Source: Vicugna vicugna
Taxonomy: Eukaryota
NCBI GenBank assembly: GCA_013265495.1
Contig: MU058004.1
Coordinates: 1 to 62,000, forward strand
Direction: 5' to 3'
Length of the DNA: 62,000 nt
Part shown: piece after piece, positions 11,151-23,600 of the stretch
How positions within the stretch are numbered: position 1 is the first letter of the stretch
How the letters are laid out: each line of letters begins with the position of its first letter
The notes under the pieces: model-generated
The model's database searches: none
The model's input: the letters and a program-made list of their open reading frames with translations, nothing else
Told to the model about the DNA's origin: nothing
Made by a program: the position numbers and the translations under genes

Positions 11151-12545
11151 AGGGTAAATCAGGTCTCAGACCAGACAGAACGCACTCCCCACTCCCCTCT
11201 ACCCGAGCTGCAGGAGTCTCAGTCCCTGGGGAGGGGTCCCTGAGGAGAGATACAGATAAGAGAGGAGAGTTCAGGCATAAGGTGGCGTAACTAAGTCATG
11301 TTAAATGTGCCTGATCTACATTCACACAAGGCAGTCTGTCCTGTCTATAACCCACGTCAGTCTGAACTGCAGATCTTTGCCTGGAGCACCTCCACTGAGA
11401 GCATTAGCCTCACCTGCTGTGAGCCACCTCCTACAGGATTTGCAGAACCACAAAGCACAGAAGAGCTTATGCTGATGCGTAACCACACTTCACAGGACCC
11501 AGAGACGGTGCGCTGGTGTCTGGGTGACCCCACCGTGGCAGAGCCGCCCAGCCGCCCTCCAGATCCATTTTCCTTTTTCCTGCTCCCAGCTGCCCTGCAC
11601 CTCCCAGCCTTCCCACCCATTGCAACTGGGCCACCGTGTCTCATGTTACCAAGGGGAACTGGCAGAGGTGGTGAGGGCCTTGGCCAGCCTGTGTCCCAGG
11701 ACAGAGGGATCGTGCCCACATGGTCACCCCACCCCATGCTGCTTGGAGCCCCCCACCCACCCAGGAGCTGGGGAGGAGAAGCAAGTTGGACAGAGCCTGG
11801 GCCCTGAGACTCAACCACTCCCCCAGACTCTCATGTGAAGGGGACAGAGATGTCTTGAGATTCAGGCCATTTTGGTGGGGGGACACTTTGTTCCAGTAAC
11901 AGACATTTGCCTTAAAAGCCAAGGTGCTTTACAAACCCCTCCCCAACTGTAACAGAAACTAAGGCTTAATTTCAACACGCTTTTCTCAAACCACAGCCCA
12001 CACTGAGACCACCACTCAGGTAATGGTGCTTCAGAGCAGGCCCTTTCAGAGATCCCTGGAGTTTACTCCCCGGCTCTGCCTTCTGCTTAGAGACGCTTCC
12101 TTGACAACCTGGACAAACCTCATTGGCTTCTGTGACAACCAAGCTTCCCAATCTCCCAGAATCTCCTCCAAACACTGCTATTCCAGTCTTGCTCAGCCTA
12201 AAGTGACAGTGCTGTCATCATGTGCCAGCCAGCGACTCCTCCAAGCCTGCAGTTGTTGGTTACATGATGCTATGGACAAGGACATCCCAGATGAGCCAGC
12301 TTTGCAAAGGAACCACTCCTGGACCTGGCACCAGGCCCTCTTCCACAGACAGCATGGAAGGGCTGTTTCCACAGACCCCATAGTCGAAGACCTCACCTTC
12401 TGATGGAGCTGGGCCTTGATCCTTTCCAGGTGCTTCTGGGGTCCCCATTCTCCCCAGACCCCCACCCACATGGCTGCTGTTCATGCCAGTCTATATGGGA
12501 CCTTGTTGATCTCCTAAAATGAGAGGGTTATTTTTTTATGCACAG

Positions 12546-12964
12546 ATAGTGGGTTAAATAGTGGCCCCTTTCAAAGATGTGTCCCCCAGAATGTGTGGAT
12601 GGGACCTTATCTGGGAAAAGGTCTTTGCAGATATAGTCAGTTATGGATTTGAGATGAGGTCATTCAGGGTTAGGGAGATACAATGACAGTGTCCTTACAA
12701 AAGACAGAAGAGGAGAGACACAGACACAGAGCAGAAGCCACAGGAAGACAGAGGCTGAGACGGGAGGGAAATTGCCACAAGCCCGGGGCGCGTGGAGCCC
12801 CCAGAAGTTGGAAGAGGCAGAAGTACCCTCCCCTGGAAGGGACTCAGCCCTGCAAAACCTTGATCTCAGAGGTCTGGTCTCCAGGATTGGGAGGATGATT
12901 TCCTGTTGTTTTAAACCACCCAGCCCATGGTCATTTGTTACAGAAGCCACAAGACAGCCACACA
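12546..12964 (+). mobile_element. MLT1C-type MaLR LTR
   Basis: gggttaaatagtggcccc...ggtctttgcagat...accttgatctcaga...tgttgttttaaaccaccc...tttgttaca. Confidence 0.85.
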
Positions 12965-13493
12965 GAACCTGCTCTGTAGGATCTGGGGAGTGTGGGTCTC
13001 ATTATAGGCAGATACAGACCGGATTATGAAAGTCAGCATTGGACCACTGGAAGTACTAAAGCAGTGGCTGGGCAATGGTATATTGAGAGGTCAAGTCTGA
13101 ATCCCATCCCTAAGGGTGCCGGCTGCACACCACCTCCCCAGGTTCTTACACCTGTACACGAGGGAGTGAATACTTCAATCCTGACTCATGTTGATAATTA
13201 AGAACCTGACAGTTAAACAGATGAAAACCCACTCAGGACACTTGATACACTGATGAACAGAATTCTGAAGTTGGTCAGAGGTGGGGAATTTTCTCATGTG
13301 CAGCCAGCAGCCCCCTGCAAGGAGCATCCTCACTGGAAATCTGGTGGACCGTGTGGAGGTGTCTCTGAGTAAATGTTAACTGACCCCAGGCCAGCTGCTC
13401 CTGAAGTTTATCCACCGCTCACAGGGAAGCCACCTGGATATGTGCAAGGACCTTAAAGACTGGAGGAAAGGGCTTGGAGCCACACCAGTGACA

Positions 13494-13583
13494 GCACACA
13501 TGCCGAGTTGGCACCTGCAGGCCACATGGACAGTCCTGGCACACATGCCGAGTTGGCATTTGCAGGCCACACAGATGGTCCTG
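13494..13583. repeat. 45-bp tandem duplication (2 copies)
   Basis: gcacacatgccgagttggcacctgcaggccacatggacagtcctg / gcacacatgccgagttggcatttgcaggccacacagatggtcctg. Confidence 0.95.
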
Positions 13584-15124
13584 GCCTGGGTGCTCTTCTA
13601 GAAGCTTTCCATTTACCCACCTGAGGTACCCCTCCTCTCCTGACCCCCATTGCCTTTTTCCTTGCTTCCTCACATCTGTCTAGGGAGAACTGACAATGGC
13701 AGGTGGGGGACACATCCTCTTCCTTAGCAGGAGGCACTTGGAAACCCCTGTGGAAGGTCCAGCAGAGGCTCTGTGAGCCAGTCCCCTCAGAGGGGGGATG
13801 TGGAACCTGCTGGTGGCCACCCTGGGAGGGTGGCAGTCACGGACCTTTGTGTCATCACGTCTGTGCACGTGCACGGTTACTTGGCTCCTCGGAGCCTCAG
13901 CTTCCCAGCCTGCTCATGGGGGATGGCAGCGTGGATTGACCAGTAATCTGCTCAGAACAGGGTAGCAAAGGGTCTGGTGGAAACTTTGCAGAACAGTCTT
14001 TAGGGAATCACAGATCCCATTTCCTTATCAGGAAAGTAAATCTGAGCTGACTTGCAGCAGAGCCCCAGACGGGGTCATTTTAGTGGGTCCTCCTGTTTTC
14101 TGAATCTCAGAGGGAAGCATCCAGACCTCAAGGCCCAGCTGCCCCTGGAGGGTGGGCAGGACAGGCCAGCCTCCTCCTCAGTCCCCTTCCTTCTCAGGAC
14201 ATGTGGGGTCCAGACTGTCATCAGGGAGAAGGGAGGGGGCTGTGCCCTGTGTGAGAAGATATGGGACAGCTTGTGTACTGGATGTCCACACCAGGAATGT
14301 AGGTCATGGGATGCAGGTACTGGGAGATGTATTCAGTGGGCCTGAGTAAGCAGGGTGGGGCTGTGGGGGTCCCTGTGGAGGGATGGGTTGACCTTCACCC
14401 ATGCTGGCCCTTGGGCTCCACTGGCCTTCCCTCTACTGGTCATTGAGAGGAGGAGCTGAGTGATGCTGGAGTGACCACGCTCATCCCCAGGCCCTGTCAG
14501 TATAGACCTCTAGGGCTCTGGCTCAGGGAGCCCATGGACTATGGGTCCAGCCGTGCCCACGAGGGAGGCTCAGAGAGGTTGGGCAGGAAGCACTGGTGTG
14601 GTCATCACCTGTGAAGCTTCTGAGCCAGTGACCAGGGGGAGCTCTTGCCCTGCCCGTGGGTTTCAAGTCTACACATGCATATCAACTTCTAGGGGCCTCA
14701 GTTTATTTCCCAGACACAAATCTTAACATCAGTATGTCCACTGCCTGTGGAAAGGCACGTCTGCTCTGGCACCAGGTACTGCCTCTGGGCCCCTTGTGAC
14801 TGGATGCTGCCAACCAGTGTCACTGCATCATGACTGTCAGGTGATCGGGTGTGGGGGGACGAGAGCAAATGGTCCAGGCCCACGAGGGGCCGTACTGTCC
14901 AAGCAGCTGGTTCTGTGGCTGTAGGTGTGTCTTCCACTCACCCCATGGGCAGAGACCACCGTTCCCTTAGGGATGAGATGGGGACAGGCAGTCAGCCTGA
15001 CACCTGGGTTGGGGCTGGTGGCTGGCATGCAGAGGTAGTCGGCAGGGGGCATGGGGTCAGGAAAGGCTCTTGGTGTGTTTACACAGAAGATGTAAACTTG
15101 GGTGCAGATACAGAGCTGCCTGCT

Positions 15125-15524
15125 GACACTGCTATGGAAATATCCAGCAGAAGCCTATCCTCTCTCGGTCCTGGAGACCGGAAGCCTGAGATCAAGGTGT
15201 CCCAGGGCTGCACTTCCTCCAGAGCTTCCAGGGGAGGGTACTTCCTGCCTCTTTCAGCTTCTGGGGGCCCAGGCATCCCCAGGCCTGTTGCCAAATCCCT
15301 CCCATTTTGGCCTCCATCTTCACTCTGTGTCTGTCTCTCCTCCTGTGTCTTATGAGGAAATGTCATTAGATTTAGGGCCACCCTGACCCAGTATGGCCTC
15401 ATCTCCAGATCGATAACTAATTATATCTGCAAAGACCCTATTTCCAAATAAGGTCCCTTTCCTAGGTTCTGGGGGTCAGGACATGGATATAACTTTGGGG
15501 CAGACCCCCATTCAACCCAGTACA
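15125..15524 (-). mobile_element. MLT1C-type MaLR LTR
   Basis: Reverse-orientation hallmarks: gagatcaaggtgtc, atctgcaaagaccctatttccaaataaggtc, attcaacccagtaca. Confidence 0.85.
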
Positions 15525-15669
15525 GCAGCCCAGTTCCCAGATGCCAGCCGAGGGCATATTTGCCAGCTGGCAGTGTTCTTTCTGTTTTCTGCACAGAGGT
15601 GTCTTTGATTTCCTGCTGCAACTCAGTGGGCAGAGGGGACACTACTGGCTGACCTCTAGGTCTTTCCAG

Positions 15670-15913
15670 GGACCTTGTCAAGGCATCCTCCCCGGGAGTG
15701 TGGAAGCACGGCCAGGGCTCCCTGTACATACTCTATGCCGACCCCACAGTAATCAGACACCTGCTCAGGCTGGGCCTCCCCAACAGGCTGGACAGGTCCC
15801 TGGACCACTGCACGTTCCACTACATTGACAGCCTGCTGCACTGTGTGCAGGCCTATGACCGTGATGTGGACATGGACCTTACCATCCTGCTGTGGACATC
15901 CCCACTCCACTAG
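15670..15913 (+). pseudogene. Isolated coding-like exon relic, product unknown
   Basis: Acceptor gtctttccAG, then ~80 open codons with strong C/G third positions (DLVKASSPGVWKHGQGSLYILYADPTVIRHLLRLGLPNRL...). No partner exons identified. Confidence 0.35.
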
Positions 15914-16266
15914 CCCCCAAGAGGCCTGCTGGGAGGGGTGAGAATTTGGCCGTGAAGAAGACAGAGCTGGACCTAACCTAAGCAGATGTAGGCAAGTATG
16001 GGGCTGCCCAGGCATTTGCCCCCAAAGGCTCAGGATGGAGGTGTCTGAGCTGTGAGGGCTCCAGCTTGAGGTGGCACCTCTGCATGCAGCTGGGCTCACC
16101 GGGGTGTGGGGTCACTGCAGGGAGAACAGGCCTTTGGGTGATTTTCCAACTCTCCCCACTCCCAGACCCAGACCCAGACCCACCCCCTGCCCCATTAACA
16201 GCCTTTAGATGGTGCTTCTCACCCAAATGCCTGCCCTGGGAAAGGGTTTTAACATTGCATGGGGGT

Positions 16267-16737
16267 TGTCAACTGAAATAAATGCACAGCCTAAAAGTTA
16301 AGAGTTACATTCTATTTGGCGGGAGGACTCGAGCCGGGACAACAGTCTCTCAGATCGTTCTGAGGGACTGCTCTGAACAGGTAGGGGAGGAGCTAGGATA
16401 TATAGAAGCTTTACAACAGAGACCAGGTAGTTGGAACAACAAAAGATTGCTAGCTACCTAAAGAAACCAGGCATCTCAAGTTAAACAATTTAGTGCTTTT
16501 CTACGTATGGGAGGAAGCAAACATTTGGGCTCACTGAATTCATTCCTTTGACAAGCACCTAGCTATCTAGGGCCAGTATCCTGTCCTTTCTTATTCTGAG
16601 TCCGCTCAGAGGGCACCACTGAGTGGCTGCAGAGGCCGGGCTGCAGGCCTGTCCTTACTGGCGGGTGGCGGCAGCCGCTGAGCACTTGGTTTCAGCATTC
16701 TTTGTTTACTGACATGGTTGCAGTATTTTCGTTCACA
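16267..16737 (-). mobile_element. ERV1-class solo LTR
   Basis: TG...CA termini with a perfect 4-bp TSD GGGT (16263-16266 and 16738-16741). Confidence 0.85.
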
Positions 16738-17209
16738 GGGTCGAGTGGCCGGCACTCCGAGTGTCCTGTGTGTCCTGTGTGTCCTGCGACGGAAGGAGCC
16801 TCCCTCTCAGAGTCTGGCCCCAGCACTCAGGGTGGGTGGCAGACCCGGCTTTGTTCCGTCAGAACCTCCCTTTCTCCTGGAACAAGTCTCCCTGGAGGGG
16901 CCTGGAGGCTCAAGGGGCCACAGCCTCAGGGCACCTCCAGCACCAGGATCCCCTCCCAGGGAATTTCACAAAAGCCAGGGCCCGGCCTGGGGGCTGAGAA
17001 AGGCAGGACGGAGCTGGCCGCCTCATGATCCACGGGGGCAAGGGATGCCTCAGCCCAGGAGGGGCTGGACTTACCTACAACCCGGGTCCCCTCCACCTTC
17101 CCTGGCAGAGGGGCTCTGCACATTCCAGGGCTCCAAACATCCCCCAGCTTCTGACCCAGACTGCAGGGCCAGGGGCCCTGGAACAACCCCTCCACCACCT
17201 CTCTTTTCT

Positions 17210-17430
17210 CAGAGGCTCCCAGAACTCCCTAAAGTTGTCATACTCAGTCAGGGTTTGTTATGGTGAAAGGATGCCGATTAAAGTCAGTTGAGGGCAGAGG
17301 TCAAGAGTGGGCTCAGGGGTCCCTCAAGGGTGGCTGCCCCAGGAAGCCCACCTGAGTCCTGAAGTGCAGGGTTTGTTTGGGTCTGTCACATCAACATGGG
17401 GACCACCGGCTGCTTGACCTTGGCCTCCAG
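17210..17430 (-). mobile_element. MER21-like LTR fragment
   Basis: cagaactc...aaagttgtcatactca...gtttgttatggtgaaaggat...gattaaagtcag resembles the MER21 family as I recall it. Confidence 0.4.
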
Positions 17431-18795
17431 CCCCTGCGGAGACTCAGGAAGCCCTGTGTGTCCTGCTGTCAGTATCGACCAGCCTGGAGCGAGGCCCACA
17501 CAGCACAGACACTCCTGCAAGACCCGGGTGACCTCCTGGAGCCAGGAGCAGAGGCTCCGCCTCTCTATGGGCAGGTGAACCCACACTGCACAGGCCCTGG
17601 TGCACAGTGTGGTCAGCACAGGCACACACAAATCAGCCAGAATGCCCAGTGCATCTCAGCCTGCAGCCACTGAGCACACTGTCCTGCTCTGTTCACAAGA
17701 ATGAGGCTAGTGGAAGGACAATGGGGGTGGGAACAAGGCCGGGTCATGGTCAAGCCAGGTGAAAAAGGGTCCAAGCAGTGAGAACACGGCTGCCCTTGGC
17801 TGCTGAGCCGGGACCAGACATCCACCCTGTGGTCAGTCACGCCTCCTCACATCCTTCCGTAGGTCACTTGTCCTACATCCTGGGGCAGGGTCATGCGTGT
17901 GCCCACAGCAGGACACACAGCAGTGCAGGCAGCAGACCTGATGCCCACTCCTGGGGTCAGTGACGGTGGAACATCTGCCTGGGCATGGGGCTGGCCCCTG
18001 GATGCTGTTGGACTGAAGAGTTTGGGGACATCCAGTGAGACCCCTCACCTGTCAGCTCAGGAGGATTGTGGACACCAGCTTAGGGTGGATGGGTGTGGGA
18101 GCCCAGGGAGGGTCCTGGGTCAGCCCTGAGGCTGGACGAGGGCTGTGGGGTGATAGTGGTGGGGACAAGGGGCTGACCACCCACGAGGAGACAGACCAGC
18201 CGGGGCAGCAGGTGAAGAGTGTGCCCGACAGGAAGACAGAGGGACCAGCTGACCATGCTGTCAGTGTGGACAGCTGGGCTATTCTCAGCTGGGAGGCACC
18301 CTGAGCCCTGCCCAGTTCCCCAGGCCTGGCCTGGCCCCACCCAGCACCCCTGGAAACCACCCCGCATATGACCAGACCAGGGGTGGGAAGAGAAGGAAAT
18401 CCCTGCCTCCACCATTGGTAACAGCAGGTGGGGTGTTCACCCTTGTCTTCACCTGACAGGATCCCTGCAAAGTGGACTGGAGAGTGTGCGGGGTTGAGGT
18501 GGGGAATGTGGGCACTTGGAGCTTTCAAAGGAGGGTTTCCTGTGGGGGACAAGACTACAGGGAGCCAGAGAGGGACAGGCGGATGGGCCCAGAATGGGAT
18601 GGACTGGACAGCAGATGGGTGTGGGACAAGGGGATGGAAAGGGATGAGGGGGTGGGGCAGGTGCAGGGTCAGACAGAGATGGACACGGGGGGGGTGACCA
18701 TGGATGGGGGATGGGGATGGACAGGTGGTGGTCAGTGAGTGTCTGGCCATGGAGCACATCCATCCTCTCTCAGCCACTCCTGCCAAAGCTGAGTC

Positions 18796-18803
18796 TATAA
18801 ATA
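18796..18803 (+). promoter_or_regulatory. Consensus TATA box (TATAAATA) in GC-rich surroundings
   Basis: Seen directly. Function unproven. Confidence 0.3.
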
Positions 18804-21374
18804 CAGGGGCCTGGAAGGGGGTTTTCCATCTGGGAAATTGTGGGAAGTGATGGCTTTGATGAGACCTTGACACGGGTCTCCTGCCCATAACTTGTGCTCT
18901 CGTGAGATTCCCGGGAGGCCAGGACTGCAATGGTGCGTGGGACGGACAGCTGCCCATGACGGTTAACCATCCACCCGGGTATTCTGGGCTTTTAAACAGC
19001 CCCACTTCAAAGGCTTTCCCTTTCTTCTGGGCTGTATATGGGAATGTAGGAGTTAGGGTCTGGGGGGCCAGTGGAGCAGCACTGGTCTGTTCCCACCCTC
19101 AGCTGCTTGCTTGGCTGCCAAGTCCGCCCTGTTGCTTCCTGTTACTATTTCTGCCTCTCCCTTTTGATGGCATCTGCAGTGAGTAAGCTCCCTTACCTCC
19201 TAGGGCAGGAGTATAGTCTCCATCAGCAGCATGATCCCCACCCCCACTTTTAATGTTTATTCCCTGAGATGAGCAGCCTCCTCTCCCTCCAGGTAGCCCC
19301 ATGGGTGTGGGGGGTTGAATAGGCATATTTAGAGTCAGTGTAGATATTGATAACTTTCCCTTCCCCAGTTCTACTGCTCTGATTAGGGCCGTTAACTCGG
19401 CCTTCTGGGAGAAGTCAGTCTACATGTTGGAACCCAGTCACAAGGTCCATCCACCCTGGAGGCATGTGTGGGGATCACACAAGGCCGAGTGACCAGGAGG
19501 CAAGAACGCAGGGAGCCATGGTGGGACAGCCCACCACACAGGCCGAGATGAGACACTGGCACCTGAGTCCGAACATAACAGGAGGACCTGGAAGGTGTAG
19601 GCCAGAGCGGACAGTGTCTGAATTGTATTTCATTTCAACCCGCCCACGGGGGGACTGGGAAGCAGGCAGCAAGGAGGGTGACTTTCTCCAGACCCCAGAG
19701 CAGACCCAGGCCTGTGTCAGGTGTGCTCTGCGCTCCACCAGCCCTCTGTGGAATCCTTCCTTTGCTGAGTCTGTGCGTGAACTCCCTGTGATGCCAGCCC
19801 ACGGGTGTTACAGGGGCTGTATGTGTTTATAGTCTACAGACCTGATGGCTTCCCTAGGAAGCAGAGACCAGAATGACCCCCATCGTGCAGATGGGGGACT
19901 GGGGAGACCCTGAGAGGCACATGGCTTGTCCAGGGTCACAGCACTGCTGAGGAGGGGGGGGGGGGTCTGAACCCAGCTGTGTCCTCAGAGCTGGGGCCCT
20001 GGCTGCACCCAGGCCTCCCCAGGGCTGTGGGGTGGGCTGGCTTGGTGTCACTGTGTGTGGACGTGGTATGGGGTGGGAGGTGAGCAGTCGGCAGCCCAGA
20101 GAGGCCCTTGGGGAGCTTGGAGTAAGGAGGAAGCTTGGATGAGGGGACCCCAGGGAGTGACCTCAGTTCCCTGGCAACAGAGCCTAACAGAACTTGGAAC
20201 CTAGGTAACCAGGCACCCACTCTTTAGAGAAGATCCTACCCAGCTCACTTGGTTGGAGACACTCAAACATGTTCTGTTGTGTCCCAATATCCCAAGGCCA
20301 TGGCCTCAGGAAAGCGCACAGCGAGGGCCTTTACCAATGCTGCCAACATTGGGTCAGGTCTCACCCCAGACACCTTTGGCCCTTTGCCCAGAGGGACCCA
20401 AAGGTAACACAGGGAGGCCCAGGGCAGGACTGCCCAGACTGGGCCACTACTCGGATTCCGCCTGTGTTCCCTTTCTGGATGGTGAAGGTGGGGTGGTCAT
20501 GTTGGGGGTGGGGGTCCTGCCTCAAGCAAGACCAGGCTGAGGAAGGGTCAGAGGTCAGTCATGTCCACAACCTGGGTCAAGGCTGGTGGGCTGTGATGTG
20601 GAGAGCTGGGGCAGGGCCCTTCTGCCTGAGGTGGAGCCCAAGCCCTCTGGGTGTGTTCCTTCCCTCGTGGGTGACTATCTGAGCAGACCAAGGTCTGAGC
20701 ATGATCTGGCAGCAGAGGGTTGAGTGGGCAGAAGCAGCAGTGAAGCTGGCCGGGCAGGGCTCTGAGACCTTCAGGCCAGGCCAGCTGCTGGTCACTGTCA
20801 TTGCAGAGCCCCATGTACAGACTGGAGAGGAGCTGGTGGACAGGGACACCCACTCCACCTCCCCGAGTGAGGGGCTGGTGTGTCACACTGCTGAGGGCCA
20901 GCACAGGTTCCAGGTGAGTGTGGACAAGGAGGGGTCCCCAGGACCATGGCCCAGAGATGAACAGTGCAGGCCTCCTGCCCAGACACCACAGAGGCCACTC
21001 CCCAGGGTCCTGCCTGGGGCTGACGGGCAGCTCAGCGCACCCAGCTCCAACCAGGAGCACCAAGCCAACCTCCCTGTGAGTCAGCTGGAGGACCGGGAGC
21101 ACACTGTGGCAGAGCCCAAAGTGAGAAGGGCAGGGATGGGTGCATGTGTGTAGGTGAGGGAGGGGTGAGGGCTGGGCCACACAGACAGGTGTACCCAGAG
21201 GCTGCTGTTGGGACCAGAGCAAAGACAGGCCTCAGACCACCCATCTGGTGGAGTGCGGTCACAGAACACACATCCTGTGGGCAGTTCCTGGGTGGGACTT
21301 GTCTGGAAAGTTCTGGGAAGATTTCTGTCCTTGAAAAGGCACATGGGTAAGTTGTTCCTCTCTCACAGCATGAG

Positions 21375-21670
21375 CACTTCCACAAGACTTAAATCTCTCT
21401 CCACTTCCACAAGATGTAAATCCAGATGAGATGGGGCAGGGGAAGATGCCAGAGACCAAAAAACAGAAGGCCCCAATCCAGCAGGAGACCCAGAGTGAGA
21501 TGAGGAAACACCATGCCAGCAAGGAGAAGCTGTGCCTGCTCCTGCAGGAGAATGAGGACCGGGTCCAATTTGCCCTACCCTGCAGGGAGACCCTGTGCCT
21601 GTTCCTGCAGGAGACCCAGGACTGGGTCCAGTTCCACCAGCCCTGCAGGGAGACCCCGCATTCACTCCTG
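21375..21670 (+). repeat. Codon-multiple tandem repeats: 27-bp x2 (21375, 21402) and 63-bp x2+ (21530, 21593, partial 21656)
   Basis: cacttccacaaga..taaatc repeats at 27 bp. ctgtgcctg.tcctgcaggaga...ccctgcagggagacc repeats at 63 bp. Confidence 0.85.
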
Positions 21671-21914
21671 CAGCTCCTCCTGCACCTACACCCACACCTC
21701 TAGGCAACCGAGAGCCAATTCAGGCATCACTACCCCCTCAGGCTTAGCCACCTCTGCACCCACCAACACCGTCTTCTCCAAATTCCCACCATCAATCCGC
21801 TCCTTCACCCAAAATGTATTTCCCTTCATCGTTTTCATTTGGTTTTTCTGTAATTTCTTTTGTTTTTTTTTTCACATCATTTATAGTATCCTCTATTTTC
21901 ATGTTTGAAATCTG

Positions 21915-22185
21915 CAGTAATAAAATTTAGAATTTTTCCCTTTTAAATTGTGAAATTCAGGAGCATGAGGTGCATTAGCAATGCTGTGTGGCCATCACTA
22001 CTGTCTAGTTTCAGACTATTTCTGTCCTCAAAGTAAAACCCTGTATCCAGAGCACGCACTCCCCTTCTCCCTCCCCCAGCCCCTGACAACCCCCAATCCT
22101 CTCTCTCTCTCTGGATGTCTTCACCTCTCCCGGATGATCCCGATCAATGAAACCACACAAAAGGTGGCTTTTTGTGTCTGCCCAC
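21915..22185 (-). mobile_element. L1MB-like 3' end
   Basis: Reverse L1 3'UTR: ccatcactactgtctagtttcaga...ccctcccccagcccctgacaacc...ggctttttgtgtctg. Confidence 0.75.
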
Positions 22186-22299
22186 GTATTTTAAGTGGGG
22201 GCTGGTGAATTTTTTTGTTTTTACTTGAAATAGCATTTTTGTTATTTGAAAGGGAAATCCAGGTGGATTAAAGATGTGATGTGTGAAGTGAAGCCCTTT

Positions 22300-22889
22300 T
22301 AGTAACTAAGTGCATAACCTCGGAGGATTAATAAAATGGCCACACTTAGGCTAACAGATTGCTTATTCTTACGCTCGCCCTTAAAACGGTCAGCTGACCT
22401 GACCTTTTGCTTCTCACAGTTCCAGGCCCATTGCTAAAACTTAAAGCTATCGATCTTCCTGCTTCTACTTTATTCCAGTAATCAAAAGTTATAATCCTGC
22501 TTGGCCTCTGACTCTCCAGGGAGAAGGTCACAGGACTTCAACCTTACAAAATAGCCTGAACTATCAAGGAGACCACACCTTGAGTGCTTCTAAGATAAAG
22601 GATGGAAAGAGTGGTAACCACTAGCCTCTATAGAAGTGGTCGCCTGGAGGCATCATGACATCATTCTAAGTCTTCTGATGAGAAGATTATTCTGTTGATT
22701 GTTATCGATGTTTTATTGTTTGAGCTCTGGCTGTATAACCACCCCACCCCATCCCCGAGGGGGCACACAGTGTTGAAGGCACCAGCCTGTTGTGAGTTCC
22801 CTTTGCCCTGCCTTTTTTTCTTCTAAGCTCCAAGACCTTGTCTATGGGTTATCTGGCTGATCAGGGACGGGGGCGATCTTTTGGCAACA
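22300..22889 (+). mobile_element. ERV1-like LTR
   Basis: TATA-like tgtataacc, ggggcacacagtgttgaaggcaccagcc motif and a ...ttttggcaaca terminus. 5' boundary uncertain. Confidence 0.55.
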
Positions 22890-22949
22890 ACACTGCTGTT
22901 CTACCTGTGACACCACAGCCAGAAGAGAGAAGGGAGATGCTTTGCTCTT

Positions 22950-23600
22950 CCAGTGGCAAAAACAAAACCAAACAAATCAAAAAACAAGAAAAAGCCCAGA
23001 AAGAGAGCTGGAAAGACAAACCATGGAAAAATCATTCCTCAAGACCCAAGGTCAAAGAAAGGTTTCACATCCCTGCGGTCCAAGAACCTCTTGAAGCCCA
23101 GTGTTCTAAACAGAAACAGAACACATGCAGTTCCAATGAGAGGCAGTGCAGGTGGCCAGTGTGTGTTAGAGCCGTGCGCCCTCCCAGGTGAGGACACAGG
23201 CAGACGGACACGCTACAGAGACAGCACTGGTCACGGTCACCATCACCTGGCAGGTCTTTAATCTGGTGACAACATGAGGAGGCAGAGGCCCCAGAGGATC
23301 CCCTGGAGGGAAGAGCAAGCAGACACTCCTCTCTGGGAGAACAGCGTGCAGGACGCATCGAAGTTCCACAGGTGCATCTGCTTCCCAGCAGTGCTGGCCC
23401 TCAGAGCTGATCCCACCAAAGTGCTTGCACAACTTTTCAAAGATGTCTTTTCAAGGGTGTTCATCACAGCACACGTTGAAGCAGTAGGAATTGGAAGCAA
23501 CACTAACATTCATGGAGATTGGATGGGATCCATCAGTTCTGGACCATGTGGAGAAATGAATGCTGTGAAACTGCTTATTTCTTATTCAGTGGAGAAGTCT
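22950..23600 (+). mobile_element. Highly degenerate L1ME-like ORF2 3' fragment
   Basis: aagggtgttcatcacagca...ttggaagcaac...ggagattgg resembles the L1 ORF2 C-terminus (MFIAAL...WKQP). Confidence 0.5.

Noticed and set aside
12546..15524. Inverted pair of MLT1C LTRs as a hairpin or a single element
   Set aside because: Opposite orientations and ordinary family-level divergence fit two independent old insertions.
18052..19005. 317-aa minus-strand ORF
   Set aside because: Pro/His/Ser-rich translation of G-rich low-complexity DNA with no domain or codon signal. Expected by chance at this GC content.
20548..21222. Assignment as a B30.2/SPRY or serine-protease domain
   Set aside because: Diagnostic motifs (WEVEV, RVGVFLDY; AAHC, GDSGG) are absent, so it is left unassigned.
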